64,000 nt of DNA from Raillietiella orientalis (Eukaryota), in the NCBI GenBank assembly GCA_036172245.1, contig JAYWIR010000015.1:2170001-2234000 (forward strand), given 5' to 3'. Under the pieces are notes generated by a model. It saw nothing but the letters and a program-made list of their open reading frames with translations. It made no database searches and was not told the origin of the DNA. This document shows positions 18,461 through 31,900 of this stretch, piece by piece. The position numbers were made by a program, and so were the translations under genes. How positions within the stretch are numbered: position 1 is the first letter of the stretch; each line of letters opens with the position of its first letter.

Positions 18461-21439
18461 GCATCGTGTTCCCCCTCGAGGTCGGTTTGTGCGCCCATAC
18501 GACATCCTGTGGTTCCGGTCATTAGCATCTCGGAATTCTTCCTTGAATTTTGTGTACGTCGATTCCATGGATACGTGGCAATTTTCTTTCCTAGCGACGG
18601 CTCATGCCTGGATGGTGGACCGCCTAGGCAACGGAGAGTAAATCGCAGGCATGAAGGGAACGGGAAAGTCTCTCTCCCACTGTTGTCTTCTCCTTATTGT
18701 CATCACTATTGTCTTTAGTGCTCCACACTGTTACCTTCAGTGCGAGGGCGAACCACAGAGTTGAAGCAAACCACAAAGTAAAAGAACGAAACGCAAGCTT
18801 CGGTATTTCTCTGCTTCCGAAAGCAGTTAAAGACGGGAGCAAGCAAACACGTGAGATTTTTCTGTGAGACCACGGTCCTTTTCGATGCACCTGGTGCGTC
18901 TCTGCACCAACTTTTGAGCGCTTCCCAGGAGGGGGGGAGGGAGCAGCAAGATGAAAACAGAAGAAAACAAAAAGCATTGTCTGACGCCATTCACGCCGCT
19001 CCCGCCATGCGGGAGGTGTCAACGCGCCCTTCGAAGAGTCCGGACGGAAAGCCTGAGCGTGGTGACAAATGGGGGCTGGATGTGGCAATGTCTCCCTACA
19101 CTGGGGTCTTTTCTGCCGTCAGGGTCACGGGCGTGTCAGGAGACGCCCGAGGCTGCCAAACTGTTCGTCCGAAGCAGAGTTGCTTTGGAAAAAAAACAGT
19201 AGTGGGATCTATTGATATATATATTTTTAGCAATTGCAATTAAGGATGGAATGCTGATTTAAAATTATTGTTTTTCATTGTTCTCATGTATTTAATTGTT
19301 GTGCGCAAAATTATACATCAACGGTTAATGTGGTTTCGTTGAAAATAGTTATTAATGGAAACTGCGTAGCTTCAGAGAAAATTGCACCTGGCATCTCGTG
19401 TGCCATTTACAACAATGCGTTTGAGGGGGCTTTCATTTGTGACACCGGAAGATGGGGATGTAGGATATGAGTCGACGTGAAGAAAAAAACTCTGTAACAC
19501 TGTCGCGAGGCGTAACGCATCGGTCCAATCGTGACGGCAGCTTCCGCTTTCCGGCAACAAGAGTTGCCAGCATTCGGGCGCGTGAGGGGCGCTCCGAGAG
19601 AGAGTGCTTCCGGAGGAGACTCCCGTCCGCATGATTTGGTTATTGTTTTTCGATTTCTTCCCCTCCCCCTTCTCCACCCACCGGTGTACGGTGGGATCTC
19701 GGGCGAATTCAGGATGCTCTCCAGCCTTCGTAGCCTCTAGCTCGCCTGTCTCGAGATGCTGCGCGACAGTGACCGCCGTGAAGGTGGCACCCCTCTGGCT
19801 CCTGCTTCCCCGTCTTGGCTCCCTGCATCCTTCTCCTGGTACTGGTAGTGGCTCTCGCAAAAGCACGGCCTCCTTCGGCACGTCCCCTTCCTCGCTTCAG
19901 GTTTCCTCTGTTCCGGGTTTTCGCTTCCCAGGGTCCCCGTGACCGAATTCCAACCGGAGCCATGGCAACGGCGCGAGCCTTTTTCTGGTGTCCTTGAACC
20001 GCCACGCCGAGCGCGGTCCCGGTTCCTGAAGCCTGCCCCGCACTACACCACTCCTCCTCACGTCATCCTGACGCAAGAAGGTGCGTCATCCTCATTCACG
20101 CTGATTCGCTTGTCGACTGCGTGCTTCCCTCCCATTCGCTGACGCTCTTAGCTCTTCGCGCTCCCAGAGAAATGGGCGGTGAATGCTCGCTCCTCCGACC
20201 ATGGCGTGGACCTGAGCTCCTGTGGTCCTCTTTCTCCTCTGATGGGAGAGCCGACGGGAGAGCGAGAGCCACCGCGGCCGTCATCGTTTTCCGAGAGCGT
20301 GGCTCGGCGCCGCGGGCGAAGGCACTCCTGTCGCCGCCTAGAGTGAATGGGTGGTGGGTTCGAAACCCGGCTGCGGCAAGTTCATCGCTCCGAGAGACGG
20401 AAAATCCCCACCTTGGCGGAAACGGCGGGGAAACTGCGGGCGTGTCATCCTGGTCGCCCTCTCGTCCATCAGCATCCTCTGGCCATCGTCCAGTTCCCGT
20501 CGGATCCCAGCAGAGGAAGAAAATGGTGCCCAAGACCCGGAAGAAATCCGGGACGCCGTGCTTGAAGGCGGGACAACACTGAGCGCATGTTCTCGTCATC
20601 CCCCACTGGAATTAGAAGTGGCTGGAGAAGGACCCACCCCCCTTCCCCCTTCCCCTCACCCCTTTCTTGCTTGCGAGTATACAACCTCGTGCGCGCGCGC
20701 GCCCACGAAAGACACTCCCTCGCCCTTCCCTCCCCCCCACTTGAGCCGCTCGCTCCAGAAGAGATCGCGATCGTTGTCGCCTTTCCTCCTCTTGGTGTCC
20801 TCCGGTCTTCCCAGAGTGGATGACGCTAGGGAGAGGCTCTGAGGAGGAGGAAGGGAGCCTCCGCCAGGTGCCCGCAAGCGTTCTGGAGGTCTCCGAGAGC
20901 CACTGATGTTGCTGCGGGTTCCCCTCCCCTGTTCCTGCTCGGACGGCCGAGGCATCGGCAGCGGAGCCAGACGAGTTTCCACGAGTCCCGTTCAGTGAAT
21001 GGGAGTGGGAGCAAGCAGGGTCGCAGTGCACCGCTGACGGCCCCTGGCGCGCGCTGCGACACCGGGGACGGCGGCAGCCGCTCGAGTCGCCGAAAGGAAG
21101 GGACATGCAGGGTGTCTTGCTGTTCCTCGCGTCGCGGGCGCGGACAGACCCGCGCATGCGCAGCAGCGCGCGCTCGCCTTCGCCAACACCGAGCACAACA
21201 ATGCAGCTGCCCCCTTTTTCTCTCCGATGGTCTGACTCGTCGTTTTGCAGAGCGGCATTGTTGAGTGGCGGCGGCGGTGGCGACCACGAACGTGCTTTCT
21301 ACCCCGGCCCGTGCTGACCTCGAGCTCCCTCCTCCTCCTCCTCCTCCTCCTCTTCGGACCCGATCCTGCAAGGCGGCGCCCTCCTCCACCACCACCACCA
21401 CCCGTCCACCAAGAGGGGGTTCTTAACGAGAGGGAGGCG

Positions 21440-22741
21440 ATGATGGTGCCCCCCCCTCGTGGAAGGAGTCCCACATTCGCGTGGGTGGCCTTCGGGGGCG
21501 CTGCGGCGCTCCTGCTGGCGCTGGTGCTGCCTCTGCGCTCCACTGCGAGTGAGGACGTCCCCATCCTCCTCCCCCGGGGGTCCGACCCGAAGAACTGTCC
21601 CCTCATCTCTGGCCTGCTTAACGCGTCTGACCTGTTCCGGGAGGACGGCGGCCCCGGGCGTGGCAGCGGGTCGGCGTCGCTGCCCTGGCTGGTGAGCATC
21701 GTGCGGCGGGAGGGCGGCCGGAGGACCTTCTGCACGGGGTTGGTGGTGCGGCCGCTATGGGTGGCCGTCTCGGGGAAGGGGTGCGCGGGGGACGCCTCCG
21801 GTGGCACAGGTGCCCAGCTGTCGGTGATGCACTTCTCTCCTCGCGGGAGGGCGACGCGCCGCCGGGTGCTGTACTCGTGCGCGCGGCCCTGGGAGGACCG
21901 CTTCCCGGTGACGCTCCTCAAGCTGGACGGCCCGCTCCCCAAGCCGGGCGGCATCGAGCGACCTTGCTCCCCAGGGGCCGGCACGGACCTCTTTGATAAG
22001 GTGGCAGCCCACGGCTACAGCTTCTGCGATGCGGGCCGCCTGCGGCTCTTCGTGGTCCCGCTGAGAGCTATCGAGAAGGACCCCAGGTTCTGGGACGGCA
22101 GCTACATCTCCGCCTCCCCTGCGTCCTCCTCCTCCTCCCAGCACATGCCGGGCGACGAGGACGACGACCCGCTCGACGACCGGGGCGACACAGTGACGTT
22201 GCACCCGCTTCCTGGGTTCGCGGCGCTGCCCTCCGGCTTGAAAGGGGGTCCCCTGGTGCTCCTCCGCTCCCCGAGCCTCCCCAGCAGGCGGCGCCGGCAG
22301 CACTGCTTGTTCGGCTTCCTGGGCGAGACCGGCTCGTTCGTGCCGCACGTCAGGGGCATCAGAGTGACTCCTGACCTGGCCGCGTGGATGCGAGGGGTGA
22401 CGACTGAAGGGTACGGAGGCTGCAGGGACCCAGCCGCCCGCCGCGGGGGTGCACAGGACGACGCCTTCTGGAGGCTGGCGCTTGCGGCGCTGCTGTTCGC
22501 CTCTGTCTGCGCCTGCGCCTCCTTCCTGGTCCGCCGCATCCACAGAGAGAAGCTGAGGGTTCCCGGCGCAGCGGGTGGGAAGAGTCGGACCTCCGAAAAG
22601 GGGCCCGATCCTGGCCCGGGGAGGGCCACCCGGCGGGCGGCCAGAGGATCCTCCCCCGTGGAAAACAGGAAGCAGAGGGGCGCAGGACGAGCGCGGGAAG
22701 AAGCGGTCGGCAGGCAGCCCCCGAGGGCGGCGTCCTTCTGA
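21440..22741 (+). CDS. Membrane-anchored trypsin-like serine protease homolog (S1 fold, predicted inactive), 433 aa from ATG 21440
   Basis: N-terminal hydrophobic signal (AWVAFGGAAALLLALVLPL). S1A motifs in order: LPWLVSI, FCTGLVVRPLWVAVSGKGC, PVTLLKLDGPL, ERPC, SGLKGGPLV, LFGFL, IRVTPDLAAWM. C-terminal TM (FWRLALAALLFASVCACASFLV) followed by basic residues. Uninterrupted reading frame. Confidence 0.75.
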   Translation: MMVPPPRGRSPTFAWVAFGGAAALLLALVLPLRSTASEDVPILLPRGSDPKNCPLISGLLNASDLFREDGGPGRGSGSASLPWLVSIVRREGGRRTFCTGLVVRPLWVAVSGKGCAGDASGGTGAQLSVMHFSPRGRATRRRVLYSCARPWEDRFPVTLLKLDGPLPKPGGIERPCSPGAGTDLFDKVAAHGYSFCDAGRLRLFVVPLRAIEKDPRFWDGSYISASPASSSSSQHMPGDEDDDPLDDRGDTVTLHPLPGFAALPSGLKGGPLVLLRSPSLPSRRRRQHCLFGFLGETGSFVPHVRGIRVTPDLAAWMRGVTTEGYGGCRDPAARRGGAQDDAFWRLALAALLFASVCACASFLVRRIHREKLRVPGAAGGKSRTSEKGPDPGPGRATRRAARGSSPVENRKQRGAGRAREEAVGRQPPRAASF

Positions 22742-25700
22742 TCTCTCCTCCTCACCACCCTTCATCCTTGCCCACGCCCCGAAAGGGGAGGGTGCGGCGC
22801 TTCGCGGAAGGAAACAGCAAAAGAAGATGGAAGCCCGCGTTCCCCTTCGCATCTGCTGAACCTGCTCGGGCGAAGGGGATGGCGGTGGTTCCTCCGTCCG
22901 TTCCTCCTCTTCCCGGTGGGACAGCGCGCAGCGCAGGAGGAGTCTCGTCCGGATGAATGGGGAAGCGTCCGGCGGGGAGAGGGAGGAAGGGGGCCACTTC
23001 TAGGATCGGACTCCCCACAGCCCTTTTCGGAAGCGGCCCGATCCCAAGGGTATTTGGTGGCAGGAGGAGGGAGAGTCCCCTAGGAGCTTGAACGCTTCCC
23101 CTTTCCCCTCCTTCCTTCCTTGTTGCCTGGAAATGAGTCTTGGTGTCAGAAGGAGGACACACCACTGCAGGGGGCGGTGTGAACAGCGATGCAGCCTCGG
23201 AAGGCACCATCGAGCCGGGGCCCTGCAGAAGCCTCCCTCCACTTGGAGGCTTCGAGAGCTGGTCTCCCCAGAACACCGGATCCAGACTGCGAAGCGCAGC
23301 TTTCCTTCAGATAGGATGCGAAGGGGGGAGGAGGAGGAGGATGGGGACAGGGCGTCCCCCGTCCCATCCGCCGCTTCTCGTGTGGAGAAGGAGGCGATCG
23401 CACAGCAAGCCGGGCAAAGAGCAGAGGAGGTGGCAGAGAGAGAGCAGGAGAAGGGACCAGAAGCATGCTGCCCTCAGGGATCGCACGCCGGTCACTGCTA
23501 GAGAAATGCCAGAAGCATTGGGAAGGCAAAGGTCCGGAAGTCAAGTGACAGCAGAGGAGGTTTCAGGGAGAATCATCTGAGGTCGCATTTGGTGTCCGCG
23601 CGGTACACGAAAGAGGAGATCACCTCTGGCCCGCTCACGATTCAAGGCAAGGCATTCCGAGCATCCCTCGCCACGTAATGCTAGGTTCAAGAGAAGACAC
23701 GCCTCGGGAATCACCGCAGGTCTCAACACCGTCGGTTCGCGGATTGCAGGTCCATCCGTGCGGCGGCACGACTCGACCTTCCTGCCCGTGCACACAGCGC
23801 CCGCCAGGGACGGCGCTGGTCTCGGTGTGCAAACGGTGGGAGGGATGCCACGTTGCGCCGCCCTCGACGGACGTGTCGACTACCGAACCGCCCCGATCAT
23901 CGCGGAGAGACACAGGGAGCTGGTGACCCGGATCAAGACGGGGCATTGTGCCCGGAAGCGCTGGCAGTTGGAAGCCGCCAACCAAACTGTTCCGGGACTG
24001 AAGACAGGGCCGTGCAGAGGGAGGTCATCATCATGCTGCGCGCGTCACGTGTCCTCTTCGAAGATGCAGCGGCGGCGGCGCCAAAAGAAGCGGGGGCTGG
24101 CTGTCTGCTTTGTCCCGAAGCCATCGCCCACTTCCCTGAGAGTGCCCGCTTCTGTCAGGGTACCTGGAATCCGGGAATGCAGCCAATGGCGACTGCTGAA
24201 AGAGCAGGAAATTCCGGATGGACAGGTGTGGCCCACCAGAAGGGAGGTGGTGTGCTCACACGTCCCAGCGCCTCGGAAGATGTCCAGGAACACGAAGAGG
24301 AGCAGATACTGGAACCTCCCTGTGCTTTTGTTCCCGGTATTTGCTCTATTGGTAGGACCCCTCGCGGCCAACGCTTGCAAGTCCCTTAACGAAAAAATTT
24401 CTCCCGCTTCTCAAGAATCCTGAGGCACATCGAAATTCAGGATATTTGTTCGTTCCCAATGCAGCATCCTGGTACCGACACGTGAGAATGTTGAAGAATC
24501 CGAAGACTCTGCACTGTGTAAGGTTGGTGGGCCACGTCCCTCGAAACATCATCTACCGGCATCATGTCCAATAGCTGGGAAAGCGAGTACAAAGATCAGC
24601 AAACGCAGCATAGTGTGCTGTCAGAAGCCACGGCAAGAAGCAGTCCGCAAGGCAATTCGAGATCTCTTTTTGCTGGCATTGATCTGGAACACTTCGGCTT
24701 GGGGATGCAGGGACAGCCAAGAACTAGCCTAGGAACTATGGGAGGTTTGCGACCGCACCCAACGCTCAGGCGCCGGCGATCACGCTGACTGCCGAGACGA
24801 AGATAAGGATCAAGAGCATCCCGCCGGGACATCGGAATGCGAGGAAAAGAGATGGGATGCGGATGCGCATCCGACTACGCTGGGTGCAGGGAAACGTATC
24901 GTGAAACCATTCCATGGGAGGAAGGCTGTGATCATCTGCACGTGCACCAGATGTGTGTGTGTCTGTGTCTATTTGATTACATTGGATAGTCACAAGGGCA
25001 CGGCGAAGTACACTAGAAGAAGAATTCTCCCGGAATTGGCTCCTGGGAATGAATCCGTACAGTGCAATAAGTACGTGCGTGCTCTACGTGTCCAGCGTTC
25101 GCCTGCCGAACGCTCCCCTCTAACAAGCTACGCGATTCGTTTCAGTGGATAGAAGGACTTTGAGAGCAGCAGAAACGTTTTCTAACATTTTTGACGTCGA
25201 CACCAAAAACGAAGAGAAACAGAAGCGTTCAACACGGAAGGCGCGCAATGACGTAGTGTTTCTCTCCAATTCTGTTCCGTGGTTCGGTCGAATTGCCAAC
25301 CTACTTCGCATCTCACAGAAATGCTGCAAGCCTCAGTTGTGTCCACGGTGGTGACCTTGCACGTTCGGGCAGCATCCAGCAAATCGTACTGGTGGCCCGA
25401 CGTGCCGCGAATGCCAGAAGCCACTCACTGCATTTAGGAGATTCCTAATGATCCAGAGGGGACCGGTTCTTTGGACGCGGAAGTACGGCACACGTCTTCT
25501 CGCAAATTCATCGCGCAAACATCAAAATGTGTGTGCCATCCGAAGGTGGTGTTTCTACTTCCCGAGCTTCCGTTCTGAGGGACTCGAAAAGTCATCGGAA
25601 AGGAAAAGGAACATGTGCAGTCATGTGGGGATGCATTCCGAAGCCTCACTGCTACCAAGAGACCCACCACCAATTCCACAAGTGCTTGAGCTCATATTGC

Positions 25701-25766
25701 TGAGGCTCTGTATTTCAGCAGTACAATTTTTGCAGCTTTGGATGCAGGGCGATTCGAATTTGCCCT

Positions 25767-25907
25767 TCAACGCCTTTTCGGTTTCGTCTTCTTTGGTTTG
25801 GCGTTTCCTTTCGAACTTTGATGCGCCTTCTGAAAGGCTTCTTCTACGACTTTAAGCATCAGGGCTCTCTTCTTATCCAGGACTTCCTTGTTTTCGATGT
25901 TTTCCAT
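25767..25907 (-). CDS. ADGB: ADGB probable last exon
   Basis: Acceptor ggatttcag, then [46 protein letters not shown]. Lys-rich tail as in ADGB; assignment partly positional. Confidence 0.55.
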   Translation of the reverse strand: MENIENKEVLDKKRALMLKVVEEAFQKAHQSSKGNAKPKKTKPKRR

Positions 25908-28900
25908 CTGAAATCCAAAGAAAATGCAATAGTAGCGTCGCGCGCACATTTTGAACGAGGTTTTTCTCCAGACGCGACGCGCATTCGTTCGTACCCCAGC
26001 TAGGATCTGCTCGGTTGGGGAAATCAACGGGAGTAATGCGGTCTCACAACTGGTCCGAATTCACTTGAAGTACTGACCGGAAGAAAAAGAAAAAGAAAGC
26101 ATCCTATATATATATATATGTACTCTCAAATTATCGAATTTGTTGCCGAAACAGAGTCGTTAGGATGACACCGACGTTGCACTGCCAAGCCAATGATGGT
26201 TGTTTCGACTGGCAATCGAATTTCATGTGCAGCACGTGTAGACGTTCTTTTCTTGCAGGAGTCGCCGTCCGCTTGCAGTTCCTGGAGGAACGACCGCTTT
26301 GGCGTCGCGAGAGTTCTCTTGGAAAAGGGAAAGAATGCGGATGACAACTCGTTTCGTCAACGTTTCGACGATCTGCGACTTGGGTGGGAAACTATCGGAC
26401 CTACTCTGCCCGACGACTGTTTTCTTCCGGGTCGACTTCCCTCTCAACAAGGTTCGAAAGTTCGACTCCCCGGAGCTCGAATGCAGTGCTGAAAATTCAG
26501 ACAAGCAGTTCGAGCTCTTTTGCTGTCTAAAGCAGTTCGCAGACTCGAGTCGTCGCTGTCTTCGTCTCGAACGTACCCTTTTTTTTCTTCCTTTTACCCT
26601 CTTTCCAATAGCGATACATTCTGCCGAGGATCCAGAGTTTCCCCATTGTCGCTACGGAAGCAAAGGCAGCAAAGAAGCAGCTTGCGGACTCTTCGGCGAG
26701 GTTGCACAAGAGTTCCTCGAATGCGTACAAGCAGTACACCAAACGGCATTTCCTCGTTTTGTCACCCCCCCCCCCCCCGAACGGCACCCTTGCAGCGCCT
26801 TTGACTGGACTCGGATACTGTGGCCGTTGTCTGATCAGATAAAGAATTACAATGTACACACAGACGAAAAGAGCACGCTTCCGGTTTCAGGATGGATGCA
26901 CCAGAAATGGATGCGGCTACTAGAAAACGATGCAAAAAAGTGTTATCTGATAGGACAGATGCGGTGAAATACATAATCCTGATGATGATGATAAAAAAAA
27001 AAAAAAACGAAGTTTGCATGTACGTAGTCAACAGGCGGATTCATGGCTGCCTCCGTCATGCTGAAACCACATCTACTGCTTCACTGTTGAAAACGGAGCT
27101 GCATGAATCTCGAAAAACTGTTATTTGAAAACCCGATGCCACAGGGAGGCGGGGGAACCTTTCTAACAAAGACGACGTGCTCGACGCCGCCTTGGAAAGA
27201 CCATCCTACGTGTTAGAAACAAAAAAGAAAAAAAGGATGGGGGAGAAGGGGAGGTAGCAAGGAGTAGAGGCAAAATTCTTCCTGCTTTTTTCGAATCTCG
27301 GTGTGACGTTGCAAGATCTGCTTGTTTATAGGCCTGCGAAACACGCTGGTGCGTTTCCGGAACATGCGATCCCCGTTTTTCTTCTTCCTTCCATCGGGTG
27401 CAAACTTGGGGCTGGGTCGCTTTCTTTCGGAGAGTTCCCACGTGATTGCTGTAGCCTTCCTTCTTTTGTTTTCCCAGCAGACTTCATGCGAATGCCCATC
27501 GAGTGCAGAGTCCCGAGCATACGGGGAGATAGATGTAGGATCATGCGGAGGTTCCGAGAGACGGCTTGCCCTGAACGCCGTCATCATCCCGCAGGCGGAC
27601 CAGTTGGTCAGTGGCTACCCGTTGCTATCCTTGCCGAGGACGAGTCTGCCTCGGGACTCGCGAGTGGTGCAGAACGAAACCACCACTCACCACATCGTTG
27701 TCGTCGTAGGGACTACCACTGTGTTTTCGTGAGAGAACAAGAGGGCGACTCCACCTCTCGTTTCCCACCCGCCCGTGCTGACGAGAGCGAAAGGTCGGCC
27801 GGCCACCTGCTGATGCAGGATCTTTCGAGGAGAAGAAGGGGACCAACCCGCGACCGCATCCCCCTCTCCTCAGAGATAACTTTAGAGGCGAGGTGGAGGT
27901 GATTAGGTAGTAGAGCGGCTCCGCGAAGAAGGGATGGGCCCGCGTTTCCTCCGATGCGTTGGAATCCGCAGCAAGAGACGGATCCAAGCCGGAAGGCGAT
28001 CACGGATCCAGGTGATGGCGCAGCCGGTAACGAACGGCGACTGATGTGATCCCGACACGCTGTCAGCGAGCTGCTCGGCGCAGAGCGCTCCAAGGGTAGG
28101 CCACTGCTTACTTTGTAGATATCGTAGACACTCAGCTGGTTGGCCTTCCTTCCCTGAAGCTCTTCGGACAGCTGTAGAGTCCAAGAAAGAGCATCGTTCC
28201 AGTCGGCGTCCAAGATCTCTCCTCCTTCGTCGGTAGCTGCGGGTTTTGCCTTTTGCATGAGACATCGGAGATTAAGAAAGGTGTGCTTCCACGTTATTTT
28301 TCTTTCGTTTTTCTTTCTTTCTTTTTCTTTTATTTACGTTTTTCTCACTCCTTTTACTCTGCTGAGGGGACGAAGGTCTGCACTGCACTCTTGTGCACGC
28401 CTTGTGTCACCATACAAACGCGCGCGGCAGCAATAGAGCTGCAGTCACGTGCTCACCTCTTCGGTTACCTCCGGAGCAGCAGGTTTGCACTGGTGATCTA
28501 TGGAATCTTTGTACTGAACACCCAGGGATTCCAGCATCCTCAAGTTGTCATCGTGGGGCTCAGAAGGGGGACGCAGAGGAGGGCTAGGTATCGATCCACT
28601 CCGGCTGGCCGAGTGTTTCGCTGAAACGGTTCCATCCATGGAGTCCCACCTATCAGATCTGATCCCTAAAGATCCGCGCTTCGTTTCTCCTTTTTTTTTT
28701 TTAGATCAGTGGATAGCCAGCGATGACGTCAAATGAGAAACACGCGAAACGGAACGAACGACTCGGTTCCCAAGCGAATTGTCTCTTCGCTGGATGGATG
28801 ACTCGAGTGTTTGTAAAAAGTGCCATTTTTCCCTCCTGTGCAAGAAAGAGATCGCAGCGATCGAATAAGGAGCAAGATTTGCTGTTTCTTTTGATTGCCA

Positions 28901-31900
28901 ACAGAGAGAAATCGAGAAGATCTTGTGACGAGAAGTTTCAAAAACCATCGCGTCTGTGAGGGAGAGGGAGATGAGGATGGGAAGGGCAAAAAAAAACAAA
29001 TGTTGAAATTATGCTAATAGGATCACTAGGATTATCTTTAATTATCTTCAAATGGGGGGTGGATGAGCTTGAGTAGGAGCAGAGAGTACTCCCTCTTGCT
29101 GAAGGACGCCCAGGACGCTTACTTTTTGACGCTTTGCAACACTTATGCCATGCTTTCGCCTTCGGGTCCGTCCACGAATCGCTTGTTGAAGTTTCTGTGC
29201 AAAGAGTCTGCTTTACTAAGATGGTAGGCAAATGAGCCCATGTTGCTGCACTCGACCACGGAAACAACCCATCGTCCAAGTGGGAACTAGTGCCGAGGAA
29301 CCGGGGCAACATCGCTTCAGCTCCTCGTCTCGTTTGCCTTACAGGCTGTTCATCGTTTTCCAGCTTAGGAAACTTCCTGACGAATACAGAGCTGCGCCTT
29401 CAATGTTGTCTGTTCTTTACCCCCCTCGGGATGACCGCGTGATGCTCCATTGGGTAACAGGAGGATGGCGCTACAAGCGAAGCTAATGCTCTTGGAGACT
29501 GAGCAGTCAAACCCGGTGGGTTACTGGAGGCTCGCCTTGAGGAACGGAATCGAACCGTCTAACAGAAATTCCGGCTTTGTCTTCCAGGTGATTCTCGAAA
29601 GTCTCCCGCAAACAATCTTCAAACTGCTCGAGCTTGAGGACTTGGAAAACGAAAAGAAGAACGCATGACGAGGATGCAGTGAGGATCACGAGGACCGAAT
29701 CAAAGCAATTGCACGACCTGGCAGAAAATCAAAAGCGGTCTTCGCGGAACGTTGCTTAGTAATGGCACGTTCATCACTTGCTACCGTAACGTGAGAGGTA
29801 ACCACACCATCCATGGATCTTCCTGCTAAATAGTTACTTCCCAACATAACAATAGACCTAACCAATGTTGCCATTGCTCCTTTTTTTATTTTTTTTTATT
29901 TTTGGTGATAGATAAAAAAAAAAAGAAAACCAAAAACATGTCCGCAATGATTTCGGGTAGAGCATGAGCCCAAAGATGTTCTTTTGCGAAAATGGAATGA
30001 AGGGTAAGTGGAGGAGGAAGAAGTCGATATCTGTATGGAAAATTCAGAAGGAAACGCGAGTTTTGACAACAAGGAGGATCTCTGTGGCAGGAAAAAAAGT
30101 ATACTTGCAGGCTACGAAAGGATCCCGCTTCTTGGATGCTTCAATCTCAGGAGCAGGCAGACTGGCCAGATACTGCTGCCTCGAACGGTAGGAGCGCTGT
30201 GCTCTTCCTGGGTCATCAGCACACCAAGATAACTTAATCAAACGTAGCTTTTGTTCGGTTTCGGAATCGGTGTAGTAGGATATGGAACCCTGGAAAGGAC
30301 ACGTGGCCGATGACATATCGCTGTGGTTTCCTGAAGCAACGGGTGCGGAGGTCTCAGGCCGTTCCAGTGCCCAGCGCTCGCAGCTTTTGCGTTAGAAGGA
30401 GTACACGTCCTCGTTCCGGCACTTGCGTCCATACGGAGCGAATGAATCATCGAGCGGAAATATCTGTGGGATGCTGAGAAGCGGCACGTGCGTTGCAGAA
30501 TCTCGAACTTTACGGGTTCTGAGTAACCAGGAGGAAAGCCATCAGAAACGAAAAATTTTTTTCACGCAGCTGAAGAGTTTATACAAACAGTGAGCACCAG
30601 TCGGAAAATCTGATTCTTCTTCTGCAGAAAGTATAGAGTTTTTGAAAGAAAAGGAGACAGAGAACGTCGATCGAGATAACTGGCTCAACTGGGCATTCCA
30701 CGTGGAATTCTCGGCTCTCGATCACTTTTCCGTCTTCCGAATTCCGGAAAGCTCCTTTTTTTTTAGAAAAAAAGAAAAAGAAAAAAGAAAGGGGAGGAGG
30801 CAGGAAATATCACGTGGTAAAAATCGAGGTGGAAAGCAGTCGCCTCTTTTGCCTTAGTGATCACGGTTGCGTCGAGATGAAATCCTTCCCCTGTTTCGCG
30901 CGCGGTAAGAACACGTCGCACTAGCAAAGGCAGGCACGAGGAAATCACGTGATTCCAAACATTGCCACGGGTGAATCGCCTGGGATTCGTGAATGAGAAC
31001 CGGACGCTCTATCGGCGGAATACAACCAGCCGTTTTGATCACCAGTCGTAAAGTGTTGGAATCGGGACCACTTTGTGGATCGCTTTCCGGGAGGAAAACC
31101 TGAAAGTAGCAGAGAAGGAATGGTTCCCTTCCTTCTCTGCTGCTTGTGGGGATGCAGCTTCATCAAGGAGTGTGTCCTAAGACTGAGCGAACTGTGACCG
31201 AGTTTTTAGGTTCCCCTCCTCCCTTCACACAAGCGACCTGCGGGTCTTTAGCGGGACCCCACTGCTCTTGCGTTTGCGCTTCCTTTGGAGGAACGGGCAC
31301 GAAGGGCTCCGACCAGCGCCAGCGAGGACCTTGCGATCTCACAGCGTAAGCAACGCGCAAGGTTGCGACTTCCGGCCCCGGAAGTGGATCGTCCGGCGCA
31401 GCAGATCACCGCGTGTCTCCAAGCGCGCCGACCCTTCGCCAGCAGACAGCCAAGGAGCGAAATATAAAAAAAAAGGAAGAGGGGAGGGGTAAGACCTTTT
31501 CCTGGTGGGATGGAGGGGCTGTTCCGGGCAATCGCATTTTGCACACAGCACACAATTTGCGCTTTTCGTCACGAAGCGAGCTTTAAACTCTCGTGTATTC
31601 TCCAGGTATCGGGAAGCGGCCAAAGGTCATTGGAAGATCGTTACCGCGCATAACTTGTTCGTTATGATCTGCAGTGCCCACATGGCAGGTGAGTCCTCTT
31701 CGTGGCCTATTTTGAATTTTTCTACTTCTTCTAGTTGTTTCTCCAAGCCATAGATCACAGAAGCCTCTTGAGGCAAAACTGGCGTCGCTTCCTCGCTGGA
31801 AGGGATGCTTTTTTCTTTCTGGTTGAAATCGTTGGTTGTGGCTCTGCTGTTCCTCTGCTTTCTGCCTTTCGGTTTCCTCAATTCTTCGGGTGCGAAATCA

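Noticed and set aside
20992..22852. Long minus-strand ORFs of 330, 365 and 218 aa
   Set aside because: Antisense shadows of the GC-rich protease-homolog ORF with no recognisable motifs.
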